From: Candidatus Magasanikiibacteriota bacterium
GTDB lineage: Bacteria; Patescibacteriota; Patescibacteriia; Magasanikbacterales; UBA922
Assembly: GCA_003518365.1 (NCBI GenBank)
Contig: DOYU01000022.1
Coordinates: 24,095 to 88,094 of the forward strand
DNA length: 64,000 bases
Direction of reading: 5' to 3'
Part shown: positions 56,350 to 64,000 of the stretch, piece by piece
Layout: each line of letters begins with the position of its first letter
Numbering within the stretch: the stretch's first letter is position 1
Program-made: the position numbers and the translations under genes
The notes under the pieces: generated by a model
The model's input: only the letters and a program-made list of their open reading frames with translations
Told to the model about the DNA's origin: nothing
Database searches by the model: none

Positions 56350-58497
56350 ATGCATCTCGATACCTCAGTTATTCATCTCAATAAGGTAGGGGAGGCGCTT
56401 GAGAAGCGTCTGCTTCGGCTTGGGATAAAAACGGCGCACGATCTGTTATTTCATTTTCCGTTTCGCTATGAAGATTTTAGCCAGGTGTCTGGGATTACAC
56501 AACTGCAGAACGGACAGGAAACAACGATTGAAGGAACAGTCGAGCTGATTGCAAATAAACGTAGTCCACGAAAGTGGACGATGATCACAGAAGCGGTAGT
56601 AAGCGATGGGACAGCGCAGATGCGTGTTGTGTGGTTTGGTCAGCCATTTATTGCAAAAAGTTTACATGTAGGGGACAGGGTGTTTCTGTCTGGAAAAGTG
56701 AAGGATGATATGTTTGGGTTACAGATGGTGTCGCCGAGCTACGAAAAAATCAGAAATCAGGCGTCAGTAACCAGTAACCTAGACACTTTGAATACTGCAA
56801 GAATCGTGCCAATGTATTCACTTACAACAGGGCTCACACAAAAACAATTGCGGATGTTGATAAAGCAAGTATTACCCGTTGCCAAAGAACTTTCAGAATG
56901 GCTGCCTGAAGATATCCGCGACAGAGCAGACGTCATGCCACTGCATGAGGCGCTTGCGCATATCCATTTTCCAGAAGACCTGGATAGTTTGAAACATGCC
57001 GAGCGTCGATTGAAATTTGATGAATTATTTTTATTGCAGCTCAGAGCTGAGATGATTCGCCAAGAAGTGAAGCAAGAAACTGCATCAGAAATTCCATTTG
57101 CTGAAGAAACGATCAAGGCGTTTGTGGCTGCATTGCCGTTTGCTCTCACGAAAGCACAAAAGATTGCGGCGTGGGAGATCTTGAAAGATATAGAAAAAAA
57201 AGAACCCATGAATCGATTGCTTGAAGGAGATGTAGGATCAGGGAAAACCGTTGTGGCTGCGATGGCGACGCTCGATGCTGTTCATGCTGGGTTTCAAGTA
57301 GCGATCATGGCGCCGACGGAGATTTTGGCGAAGCAACATTTTCAATCATTTCAGACGTTGCTTCCCAATGCAAAGATATTGCTTATAACATCGTCAGAAA
57401 TTAGAAATTTGAAATTAGAAATTGGTGAAGAATCAAAGAAAAAGCGGAGAGATCAAGCCATTGCATGTATGAAAAGTGGGGAAGCGCAGATTGTGATTGG
57501 GACGCATGCATTGCTGACAGACGATGTCTTATTTAAAAATCTCGGTTTGGTCATCGTTGACGAACAACATCGCTTTGGTGTGGCGCAGCGGAAAACAATT
57601 CGAGAAAAGTCTGGTAATCCAAATACCATGCCGCATTTTCTTTCTATGACTGCGACACCGATTCCACGTTCGTTTGCATTGACATTGTACGGCGATTTGG
57701 ATTTGTCTATTATCAATGAAATGCCAGTGGGGAGGAAACCTGTGAAGACTACGGTTGTCGATCCACACGCACGGTCTGCTGCGTATGATGTTATTCGGGA
57801 TGAGGTGAAGGCGGGGAGGCAGGTGTTTGTAATTTGTCCGTTGATTGAGGAAAAAAAAGATGAAGGGACAGGTTCCTCCACTTCGGCGGACAGGCGTGAC
57901 CTGTCAGTACAGACGTCTGGTTCAGAAAAAAAATCTGTATTAGCAGAGTATGAAAAACTTTCAACAAAAATATTTCCTAATCTTCGCGTTGCATATATTC
58001 ATGGAAAAATGAAATCTGTAGAGAAAGATGCTGTGATGAACAAATTTGCTACTGGCGAGATCGATATTCTTGTTTCAACCTCAGTCGTTGAGGTCGGTGT
58101 AAATATTCCAAACGCGAGTGTGATGATGATAGAAGGAGCTGAAAATTTTGGGCTTGCACAGCTTCACCAGTTTCGTGGACGTGTGGGGCGAAGTGAATAT
58201 CAGTCATATTGTTTTTTGTTTACTGATAGTGATAGTCAGCGAGTGGCAGAGCGACTGAAATTTTTTTCAAGCACGACGAACGGATTCAAAGTCGCTGAGT
58301 ATGATCTCGAGATGCGTGGGCCGGGAGAAGTGTATGGGAAGATGCAGAGTGGTATGGGAGAGTTGAAGTTTGCGACGATGCAAGATGGCGAGCTTATCAA
58401 GCTTGCACGAGAGGTTGCACGTGGTATTGATTTTGAGAAATATAGTACGCTAAAAGAAAGGGTGGAGGAGTGGGAGCGGGGGATTCATCTGGAATAA
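56350..58497 (+). CDS. recG: ATP-dependent DNA helicase RecG
   Basis: A wedge domain and helicase motifs (GDVGSGKT, DEQH). Confidence 0.9.
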   Translation: MHLDTSVIHLNKVGEALEKRLLRLGIKTAHDLLFHFPFRYEDFSQVSGITQLQNGQETTIEGTVELIANKRSPRKWTMITEAVVSDGTAQMRVVWFGQPFIAKSLHVGDRVFLSGKVKDDMFGLQMVSPSYEKIRNQASVTSNLDTLNTARIVPMYSLTTGLTQKQLRMLIKQVLPVAKELSEWLPEDIRDRADVMPLHEALAHIHFPEDLDSLKHAERRLKFDELFLLQLRAEMIRQEVKQETASEIPFAEETIKAFVAALPFALTKAQKIAAWEILKDIEKKEPMNRLLEGDVGSGKTVVAAMATLDAVHAGFQVAIMAPTEILAKQHFQSFQTLLPNAKILLITSSEIRNLKLEIGEESKKKRRDQAIACMKSGEAQIVIGTHALLTDDVLFKNLGLVIVDEQHRFGVAQRKTIREKSGNPNTMPHFLSMTATPIPRSFALTLYGDLDLSIINEMPVGRKPVKTTVVDPHARSAAYDVIRDEVKAGRQVFVICPLIEEKKDEGTGSSTSADRRDLSVQTSGSEKKSVLAEYEKLSTKIFPNLRVAYIHGKMKSVEKDAVMNKFATGEIDILVSTSVVEVGVNIPNASVMMIEGAENFGLAQLHQFRGRVGRSEYQSYCFLFTDSDSQRVAERLKFFSSTTNGFKVAEYDLEMRGPGEVYGKMQSGMGELKFATMQDGELIKLAREVARGIDFEKYSTLKERVEEWERGIHLE

Positions 58498-58578
58498 GGT
58501 TTCTGAGGTTGGTAAGGTTGTTGAGGTAGCTAAGGTTTCTAATGATTACGGGAAAGAATTTTGCTTTATACACATAAG

Positions 58579-58602
58579 ATGCTTTACAAAAAGCATTTTT
58601 TG
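58579..58602 (+). terminator. Terminator after recG (atgcttt acaa aaagcat followed by ttttt)
   Basis: Read directly from the sequence. Confidence 0.6.
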
Positions 58603-58692
58603 GTGTATTTTGGGCACATCGTTGTCGGCCTCATTCTATCCTTTGCCTAAGTGGGCGTTGGAAAGAAGAGGCAAACGCATCAAGGGAACACC

Positions 58693-58914
58693 ATGCATTG
58701 TGTCAAGAAGGTCGGTTCCGAGTATGTTCAAGCCGACTTCCACCTGGCCACCCGCGGGAATCACCGGCGCATCCTGGTGCCGGTCCGTCCTCTCAGGGAA
58801 GGAGATCCCCTCCCCAAGGGAGTGTCCTCGATGATGGATCTCGGTAGGCTCTGTGCCACTGAGCGAGAGCTGAAGGCCGCCCGCGTCGCTGCGGGAGTGC
58901 CGCACCGCGGCTAG
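58693..58914 (+). CDS. Possible small ORF or pseudogene fragment in a GC-rich islet. The frame has a strong GC3 skew, an AAGGGA RBS precedes the ATG at 58693, and the track ORF starts at GTG 58651.
   Basis: About 70% of third-codon positions are G/C in this frame and not in the antisense ORF. No family was recognised. Confidence 0.25.
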   Translation: MHCVKKVGSEYVQADFHLATRGNHRRILVPVRPLREGDPLPKGVSSMMDLGRLCATERELKAARVAAGVPHRG

Positions 58915-59086
58915 CACTTCATCGCCGTCCACGTGGCAAGGAGAGGGCTGCGTGTACTCATCCGCGGCCCTCTCCTCTGAGAATTGCATTTGTACCCAAC
59001 CACTCGCACCTCACTGTGATTTGAACTCAAAACGTTCAAGTCAGAGCAAGGTAGCTCATATCGAGTGGTTGTCTCTACAATTAAAA

Positions 59087-59115
59087 ACACTCCGTGTAAG
59101 CGGGGTGTTTTTTTT
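59087..59115 (+). terminator. Rho-independent terminator (acactccg tgtaag cggggtgt followed by T8)
   Basis: Read directly from the sequence. Confidence 0.7.
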
Positions 59116-59138
59116 CGTGCTGGGTTTTTCTTGCTGCG

Positions 59139-59215
59139 GCAACCCTACCTTCTGTCCTCCTTCCCTTATAAAATATTCCTTCCCCTTTTTAAGGGGAGGG
59201 CTAGGGTAGGGTTGC
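59139..59215. repeat. Copy 2 of the MITE/REP-like hairpin element with terminal inverted repeats (perfect 11-bp TIR gcaaccctacc ... ggtagggttgc)
   Basis: It shares the 29-nt 5' block gcaaccctacctyctgtcctccttccctt and the 3' TIR with 7368..7478. Confidence 0.7.
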
Positions 59216-59229
59216 GTGGCTAACAGTCA

Positions 59230-60588
59230 TTACGTCTTTGCAATCAATTCTTCTATATTTTTTACTTGCACTGTTTTTACACCATCAATGATTGGTACGG
59301 CTTTACTCGCTGCGGTGATGACGCGTGTCATGCCAAGCTGGGCTGCTTCTTTTATTCTTTTTTCGAGAAAACGTACGGATCGGACTTCACCGCCAAGACC
59401 GACTTCTCCAAACACGACCAAATCTTTGCCACCGGATTTTTCTTTGAAACTACTTGCGATGGCAAGGCAGACTGCAAGATCTACCGATGGTTCTGTTGCT
59501 TTTACACCGCCGACAACATTGAGATGAATGTCGTACTGTCCGAGATCTAGGCCTGCCCGTTTTTGTAGCACGGCGACGAGGACGTGGAGGCGATTGATAT
59601 CAAAGCCACTTGCTTTTCGTACTGGATATCCAAAACTTGTTTTGTTTACCAGTGCCTGGATTTCTACGAGGAGTGGGCGCGTGCCTTCCATGAGGCAGGT
59701 GATAATACTGCCAGGCATGTCGTCACCTCGTTCTGCGAGAAAGGCGGCGGATGGATTTGCTACACCAAAAAGACCATCGCTTTTCATTTCAAAAATACCA
59801 ACTTCGTCTGTGGATCCAAATCTATTTTTGACAGCGCGAAGAATTCTGTATACATGATATCTATCTCCTTCGAGGTATAGGACGGTGTCGACAAGATGTT
59901 CCAGTGTTTTGGGGCCGGCCACCGTGCCGTCTTTTGTGACATGTCCGATAAGGACGACTGGCACGCCGCTCGACTTTGCAGCGTCGAGGAGTGTTACGGT
60001 GCAGGCACGAATTTGGGACACACTTCCTGATTCTCCTGTCGCGTCCGCATTCCACATGGTTTGCATGGAGTCGACGATTACTAACTGTGGTTTGAGTTTT
60101 TTAATTGTACTAGAAATAACATCAATGTTTGTCTCATTCGAGAGGGAAAGAGACGCATGGCTATGCGTCTTTACGTCGTTCATGTTTAGTCTATCGGCTC
60201 TTAGTTTGATTTGTTCGACGGATTCTTCTCCGGAGAAGTAGAGTGTGTTTGGGATGCTGGCAGCGAGCTGGAGAGACAGTGTGGATTTCCCAATGCCAGG
60301 TTCACCGCCAAGCAGTGTGAGGCTTCCCGGGACAATGCCACCGCCGAGGACACGGTCAAGTTCGCTGATATGTGTTTGTGCTCTGACGATGTTTTTCCCT
60401 GCGATATCTTTCAATGATGTTGTCTTTGCAACAGGGAGATCTTGAAGATTTTTTGATTTGTTATTTTCTTGTGTTATTGCCTTCTCAAGCGTACCCCATT
60501 TGCCACATTCAAGACACCTGCCGTTCCATTTTGTAAACTGGGCGTCGCAGTTTGTACAAGAAAAAATAGTTGTGTTTTTTTCAGCCAT
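59230..60588 (-). CDS. radA: DNA repair protein RadA/Sms
   Basis: An N-terminal C4 zinc ribbon, a RecA-like ATPase (GEPGIGKST) and a Lon-like C-terminal domain. Confidence 0.9.
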   Translation of the reverse strand: MAEKNTTIFSCTNCDAQFTKWNGRCLECGKWGTLEKAITQENNKSKNLQDLPVAKTTSLKDIAGKNIVRAQTHISELDRVLGGGIVPGSLTLLGGEPGIGKSTLSLQLAASIPNTLYFSGEESVEQIKLRADRLNMNDVKTHSHASLSLSNETNIDVISSTIKKLKPQLVIVDSMQTMWNADATGESGSVSQIRACTVTLLDAAKSSGVPVVLIGHVTKDGTVAGPKTLEHLVDTVLYLEGDRYHVYRILRAVKNRFGSTDEVGIFEMKSDGLFGVANPSAAFLAERGDDMPGSIITCLMEGTRPLLVEIQALVNKTSFGYPVRKASGFDINRLHVLVAVLQKRAGLDLGQYDIHLNVVGGVKATEPSVDLAVCLAIASSFKEKSGGKDLVVFGEVGLGGEVRSVRFLEKRIKEAAQLGMTRVITAASKAVPIIDGVKTVQVKNIEELIAKT

Positions 60589-60692
60589 AGAAGAAACGAT
60601 ATCTCACGAGTGGAGGAATGACTATTTATTTTTGGTGCTGGGCGTTGCCGTTTGTAGAAGAAGCTAGAGGATAGGCATATGCCCTATCTGCT

Positions 60693-62609
60693 TCACTCCT
60701 CTTCAACAGATTGACTTGATACATTTGGGCATGTGGATTCTTGCCACATCACGGCATTCACTCTGTTAAAGCAATCTTTATTTGTTTCGGACTCTATATA
60801 TTCTGTTTTCCCAGTATCATTTGATATTTCACAACATCCTTTTGCATTATCTGCTTTTTTTAGTGAGTAATCTTGTTGAGCAAGTTGTGTTGCAATTTTT
60901 TCTGACCATTGCTTATTTTTGCATCCATGAACAGTAGAGTCTAATCCTATTTTACTATAATCAAAATTCCGTGCATCTGCTCTGTTATTATCCACTTGGC
61001 AATGATTCAAAATACTTCCATCCGTTCGCGAGATGCTCGTCATAGGAACTACTTTTGAAATAATTTTATTTATAGCATCATATTGTTCTTGGGTATATGT
61101 GCATTTCGCACTACAGGTGGCATCTCTTACACATGCCGTTCCTGTGCTACATTCATCTGCAATGCTCAGATCTATGCCAATAGAAAATGGATTTATGGTG
61201 CCTGCATGATACGCTCTCCTGCGTATGTCTACGGCTTCAATAATGGTCCCATCTCGTTTTACCACAAAATGCGTTGAGAGTTGTCTCGATTTTAGTGTAT
61301 TTACGGTTGCATCGATTCCATTGACGAGTTTATCTCGACTACCTTCATGAAGAATAATATATCGGACACTTTTGAGGGAACGATTGCCACAGGAAAATGC
61401 ATCAAGTGCATCGAACTGTGCTATGCCAAGTCCTAAACTTTGAGATGCAGGTTTTCTCCCTACACATGGTGTAGAGACTGTTGATGCCGTTTCTTCTTCT
61501 GCACTGTGCTCTGAGAGAGGGATGCTTTGGACTATCATGACACGCAGATTTCTAAAATTTACCAATTCTGGGTTGATAAGGTAGAGTAACGCATAGGATG
61601 TTGTGGCAATAAAGAGACCAATGATTGCCTGTGTGATATGTTTTTTGGCAGTAGTAATTTTGTCACTCTGTCCTGATGATGCAATCCATAAGAGACCTGC
61701 ATACATAATCATGACTACGGAGGCAACCCCAATTGCTATGATACCGTACTTGTATATTGAAGCTATATATTCTCCTAAATAGGGGAAATACACATACGTT
61801 GCTCCTCTTTCGTCTGTTGTTCGTTTCAGTTTGCTAGGATTTGTGAAGGATACCCCCGGGATAGTAATTTTGAGACTGGGTGCTTGAATGAGTTTATTCA
61901 ATGCGGCTGCATTGAGCTGGATCGCGGCTGAAGTGTCTGTAAGAATATCGAGGCCGCAGCTTTCCGTGACTGGTCCGGGAAATTTTGAGTTGACTTGGTT
62001 ATCATATTGACAATAGTTTAGATTACCTGATCCACAAGTTCCATCGTTACATTCCCATTTGGTAGGATCTTGCCCCGGTGTCCCATATGCTTGTGAACAA
62101 TCTTCCTTACCAGTCGATCCGACTGCTGCCGCACTACACACACAATAATTTCTTTGGTCGATAGCGCTTTTTTCACAAACATCCGTGCTGCAATCGTTAT
62201 CATCAGTACATATTTGTCCAATAGAGAGTTTGGTCTGCTGCTCGGCTGCCTCATCATTGTATTGGCAGTAATTTAAGTTGCCTGTTGTAATTTTTCCATC
62301 ATTACATTCCCATTTGGTAGGATCTTGTCCCGGTGTCCCATATGCTTGAGCACATTCTTGGTCACCTGTCGACCCGATTGCTGCCGCACTACACACACAA
62401 TATTTTTTTCCATCGAGATAATTTTCCTCACAAACATCAGTACTGCAATTATCATTATCAGTACATATCTGTCCAATAGGAAGTTTTGCCGGCTCTGCTT
62501 GTCCGTATGCTATGTGAGGCAAGGAAAAGAGTCCCAAAAGGAATGGAAAAACAAATAAACATGTTGATACATATATTCTGCGTTTCATAGACCAAGCACT
62601 ATTTCCCAT
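60693..62609 (-). CDS. Secreted, membrane-anchored protein with a signal peptide, two tandem ~85-aa Cys-rich repeats, a hydrophobic anchor region and a C-terminal N-acetylmuramoyl-L-alanine amidase (Amidase_2/PGRP-like) domain
   Basis: The repeats LPIGQICTDNDNCSTDVCE... and LSIGQICTDDNDCSTDVCE..., and the amidase motifs ILHEGS...HFVVKRDG...AYHAG. Confidence 0.65.
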   Translation of the reverse strand: MGNSAWSMKRRIYVSTCLFVFPFLLGLFSLPHIAYGQAEPAKLPIGQICTDNDNCSTDVCEENYLDGKKYCVCSAAAIGSTGDQECAQAYGTPGQDPTKWECNDGKITTGNLNYCQYNDEAAEQQTKLSIGQICTDDNDCSTDVCEKSAIDQRNYCVCSAAAVGSTGKEDCSQAYGTPGQDPTKWECNDGTCGSGNLNYCQYDNQVNSKFPGPVTESCGLDILTDTSAAIQLNAAALNKLIQAPSLKITIPGVSFTNPSKLKRTTDERGATYVYFPYLGEYIASIYKYGIIAIGVASVVMIMYAGLLWIASSGQSDKITTAKKHITQAIIGLFIATTSYALLYLINPELVNFRNLRVMIVQSIPLSEHSAEEETASTVSTPCVGRKPASQSLGLGIAQFDALDAFSCGNRSLKSVRYIILHEGSRDKLVNGIDATVNTLKSRQLSTHFVVKRDGTIIEAVDIRRRAYHAGTINPFSIGIDLSIADECSTGTACVRDATCSAKCTYTQEQYDAINKIISKVVPMTSISRTDGSILNHCQVDNNRADARNFDYSKIGLDSTVHGCKNKQWSEKIATQLAQQDYSLKKADNAKGCCEISNDTGKTEYIESETNKDCFNRVNAVMWQESTCPNVSSQSVEEE

Positions 62610-63229
62610 TCAGCAACAGAATTCGGTGTTGCGATTTGGGTATTATCAACAAAAAATGTTGGGACACTCTGCACATGAAGAATTGTTGCCAATGATTGAA
62701 TTGTATCAATATATGCAAGACCATCATTTGAATCAAGACATGCTGATAGTTTTTCTTGATCTAACTCGATTTCATTTGAGATGGTGACTAATGTTGTTGG
62801 TGTGAGATTTGTATTATTTACAAATGCATACTCTTTAAATACTTCAAATTTTCCTTGTTTGTGTGCACAAAATGCATATTCATGGGCGACTTCACTCGGA
62901 TATGGATAGGGGATAACGGGAAGACCTTTCCATATAATTTTGACTTTGCCTGGATGTTGTTGTTGAACCTGTTTCAAAAAGGTATCTTGTATTTTACATC
63001 CTGCACAGGCAAGATCTTCAAACACGACGATTGTTTTTGGGGAAGAAGGAGAGCCTATGATTGGATCATCAGGTAATATTGGTATCAAATCAAGTGATTC
63101 ATTCTGTTGAGATTGAATTTTTCGTGACTGAGATAAGGAATTGTATTGCCATATGCGTATCATGAAAATTCCGGCAACAAGAAAAATTGCCGGTATCATG
63201 ATAAAAAATATGTGTCTCGGTTTTATCAT
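62585..63229 (-). CDS. Thioredoxin-fold thiol:disulfide oxidoreductase (DsbA-like) with an N-terminal TM anchor
   Basis: A CAGC (CxxC) active-site motif in a thioredoxin-like context, and adjacency to a Cys-rich secreted protein. Confidence 0.55.
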   Translation of the reverse strand: MIKPRHIFFIMIPAIFLVAGIFMIRIWQYNSLSQSRKIQSQQNESLDLIPILPDDPIIGSPSSPKTIVVFEDLACAGCKIQDTFLKQVQQQHPGKVKIIWKGLPVIPYPYPSEVAHEYAFCAHKQGKFEVFKEYAFVNNTNLTPTTLVTISNEIELDQEKLSACLDSNDGLAYIDTIQSLATILHVQSVPTFFVDNTQIATPNSVAEWEIVLGL

Positions 63230-63240
63230 AGAAGGTGTGT

Positions 63241-64000
63241 TTAGAGCGGTATTTGGAAAAGACCTGTTTGATTTTTATCTGTAAAGTACAGGGTGCGCCC
63301 GCTGTCTCCCAAAAACATGCTATCAACTGTGTGGACACCATCTGTTTGTATTTGTTGTTTCAAACCTGTTTGTGTGTCGATTCGAATAATATCGTCAGGA
63401 GCCGCATCTGCGAGTGCCGGTACAAAACCACTTCCTTTTTCTAGGATTCTGGGTACCCCACAATAGACATATCTGTCGTCGGCAAATGCGCATTTGTCTG
63501 CCCATGTATTTACATTGAGTAGCTTTCTTCCAGAACCAATGGTATCTCCTGACGCATTTACCACCCACAATTGTGGCTGGTACTCACTTTGTGCACTATA
63601 CACGCTGTGTAACAATTTTTCTCCATTTGGAGACCATGTGGAACGCAAATCTCTCCCCTCAACAATAACAGATTTAAAATTTTCACCATATTGACCGAGA
63701 AGTAAGACTTCTTGTCTATCAGAACCAAGTGATTCTCCTGTCCTTGAAAGCGCAATAACACTATTATTTGGAGACCAATCGACAATTACTTTTGCAGCAT
63801 TTTGTCCGAGGGGTTCAATAGGAGTCACATTGGTTCCTTTTGGATCAGAAACAACAAGCCATTGATTTTCTTCAGAAAATCCAATACTTTTTGCGGCAAT
63901 TTTGTCTCCGGTTTGTTCAAAACTAAAAGATTCCCAGTGTTGGGGAAGGGTCACTTGTTCTTTTGTATCAAAATTATAATAAATATTTGCACCATCAGGA
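63241..64000 (-). CDS. WD40-like beta-propeller (TolB-like) repeat protein, partial. The N-terminus lies beyond the window end.
   Basis: Repeated SPNGEKL/SPNNSVIAL-type propeller blades. The reading frame stays open to position 64000. Confidence 0.55.
   Translation of the reverse strand, partial: PDGANIYYNFDTKEQVTLPQHWESFSFEQTGDKIAAKSIGFSEENQWLVVSDPKGTNVTPIEPLGQNAAKVIVDWSPNNSVIALSRTGESLGSDRQEVLLLGQYGENFKSVIVEGRDLRSTWSPNGEKLLHSVYSAQSEYQPQLWVVNASGDTIGSGRKLLNVNTWADKCAFADDRYVYCGVPRILEKGSGFVPALADAAPDDIIRIDTQTGLKQQIQTDGVHTVDSMFLGDSGRTLYFTDKNQTGLFQIPL

Noticed and set aside
58600-59000. RNase P RNA, tmRNA or SRP RNA in the GC-rich recG-radA islet
   Set aside because: I scanned both strands for the CR-I and CR-V blocks of RNase P, the tmRNA tRNA-like T-arm and 3' CCA, and the SRP GGAA-tetraloop helix. 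None was found. A strong frame-specific GC3 skew indicates coding sequence instead. A covariance-model search is still needed.
1-64000. CRISPR arrays, rRNA genes, prophage integrases, transposases, restriction-modification or toxin-antitoxin pairs
   Set aside because: I found no regularly spaced direct repeats, no rRNA-like conserved blocks, and no integrase, transposase, methyltransferase or REase motifs. The only long direct repeat is the in-gene 255-bp tandem at ~62050..62490.

Overview
This 64-kb window is moderately AT-rich and reads like a reduced-genome bacterium of the Candidate Phyla Radiation (Patescibacteria). It uses the standard genetic code, with TGA serving as a stop. Gene content and organisation:

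- **Ribosomal core.** tuf is followed by an S10-spc ribosomal protein cluster (rpsJ, rplC-D-W-B, rpsS, rplV, rpsC, rplP, rpmC, rpsQ, rplN-X-E, the Zn-type S14, rpsH, rplF-R, rpsE, rplO, secY, adk, map).
- **CPR hallmark.** L30 is absent, because uS5 abuts uL15.
- **Atypical cluster layout.** rpsJ is cut off from rplC by terminators, a roughly 100-bp hairpin element with terminal inverted repeats, a consensus sigma70 promoter and an attenuator-like leader. There is a long imperfect hairpin between rplB and rpsS and a consensus promoter inside the cluster. The cluster stops after map, where a large membrane protein with CarboxypepD_reg-like domains takes the place of infA-rpmJ-rpsM-K-D-rpoA-rplQ.
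- **Housekeeping genes.** The rest is mostly housekeeping: ruvX, recO, asnS, rsmB-like, aspS, a GT2/GT-C glycosylation pair, scpAB, a D-Ala-D-Ala carboxypeptidase, parAB, rel, topA, folC, yhhQ, dprA, pth, der, an LCP protein, recG and radA.
- **tRNAs.** There are two tRNA genes, Leu-CAA and Arg with an apparent GCG anticodon.
- **Secreted and membrane proteins.** Many are hypothetical: tandem paralogous lipoproteins, a CAP-domain protein, an ATP-grasp protein next to a large coiled-coil membrane protein, and a secreted protein with a tandem Cys-rich repeat plus an Amidase_2 domain next to a DsbA-like protein.

The most unusual loci are:

- a GIY-YIG nuclease ORF lying between an intact tRNA-Leu and a 38-nt duplicate of that tRNA's 5' half;
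- a two-copy hairpin repeat family with terminal inverted repeats;
- several short GC-rich islets carrying small ORFs with a high-GC codon signature;
- two small membrane-protein genes driven by duplicated promoter modules.

I found no CRISPR array and no rRNA.
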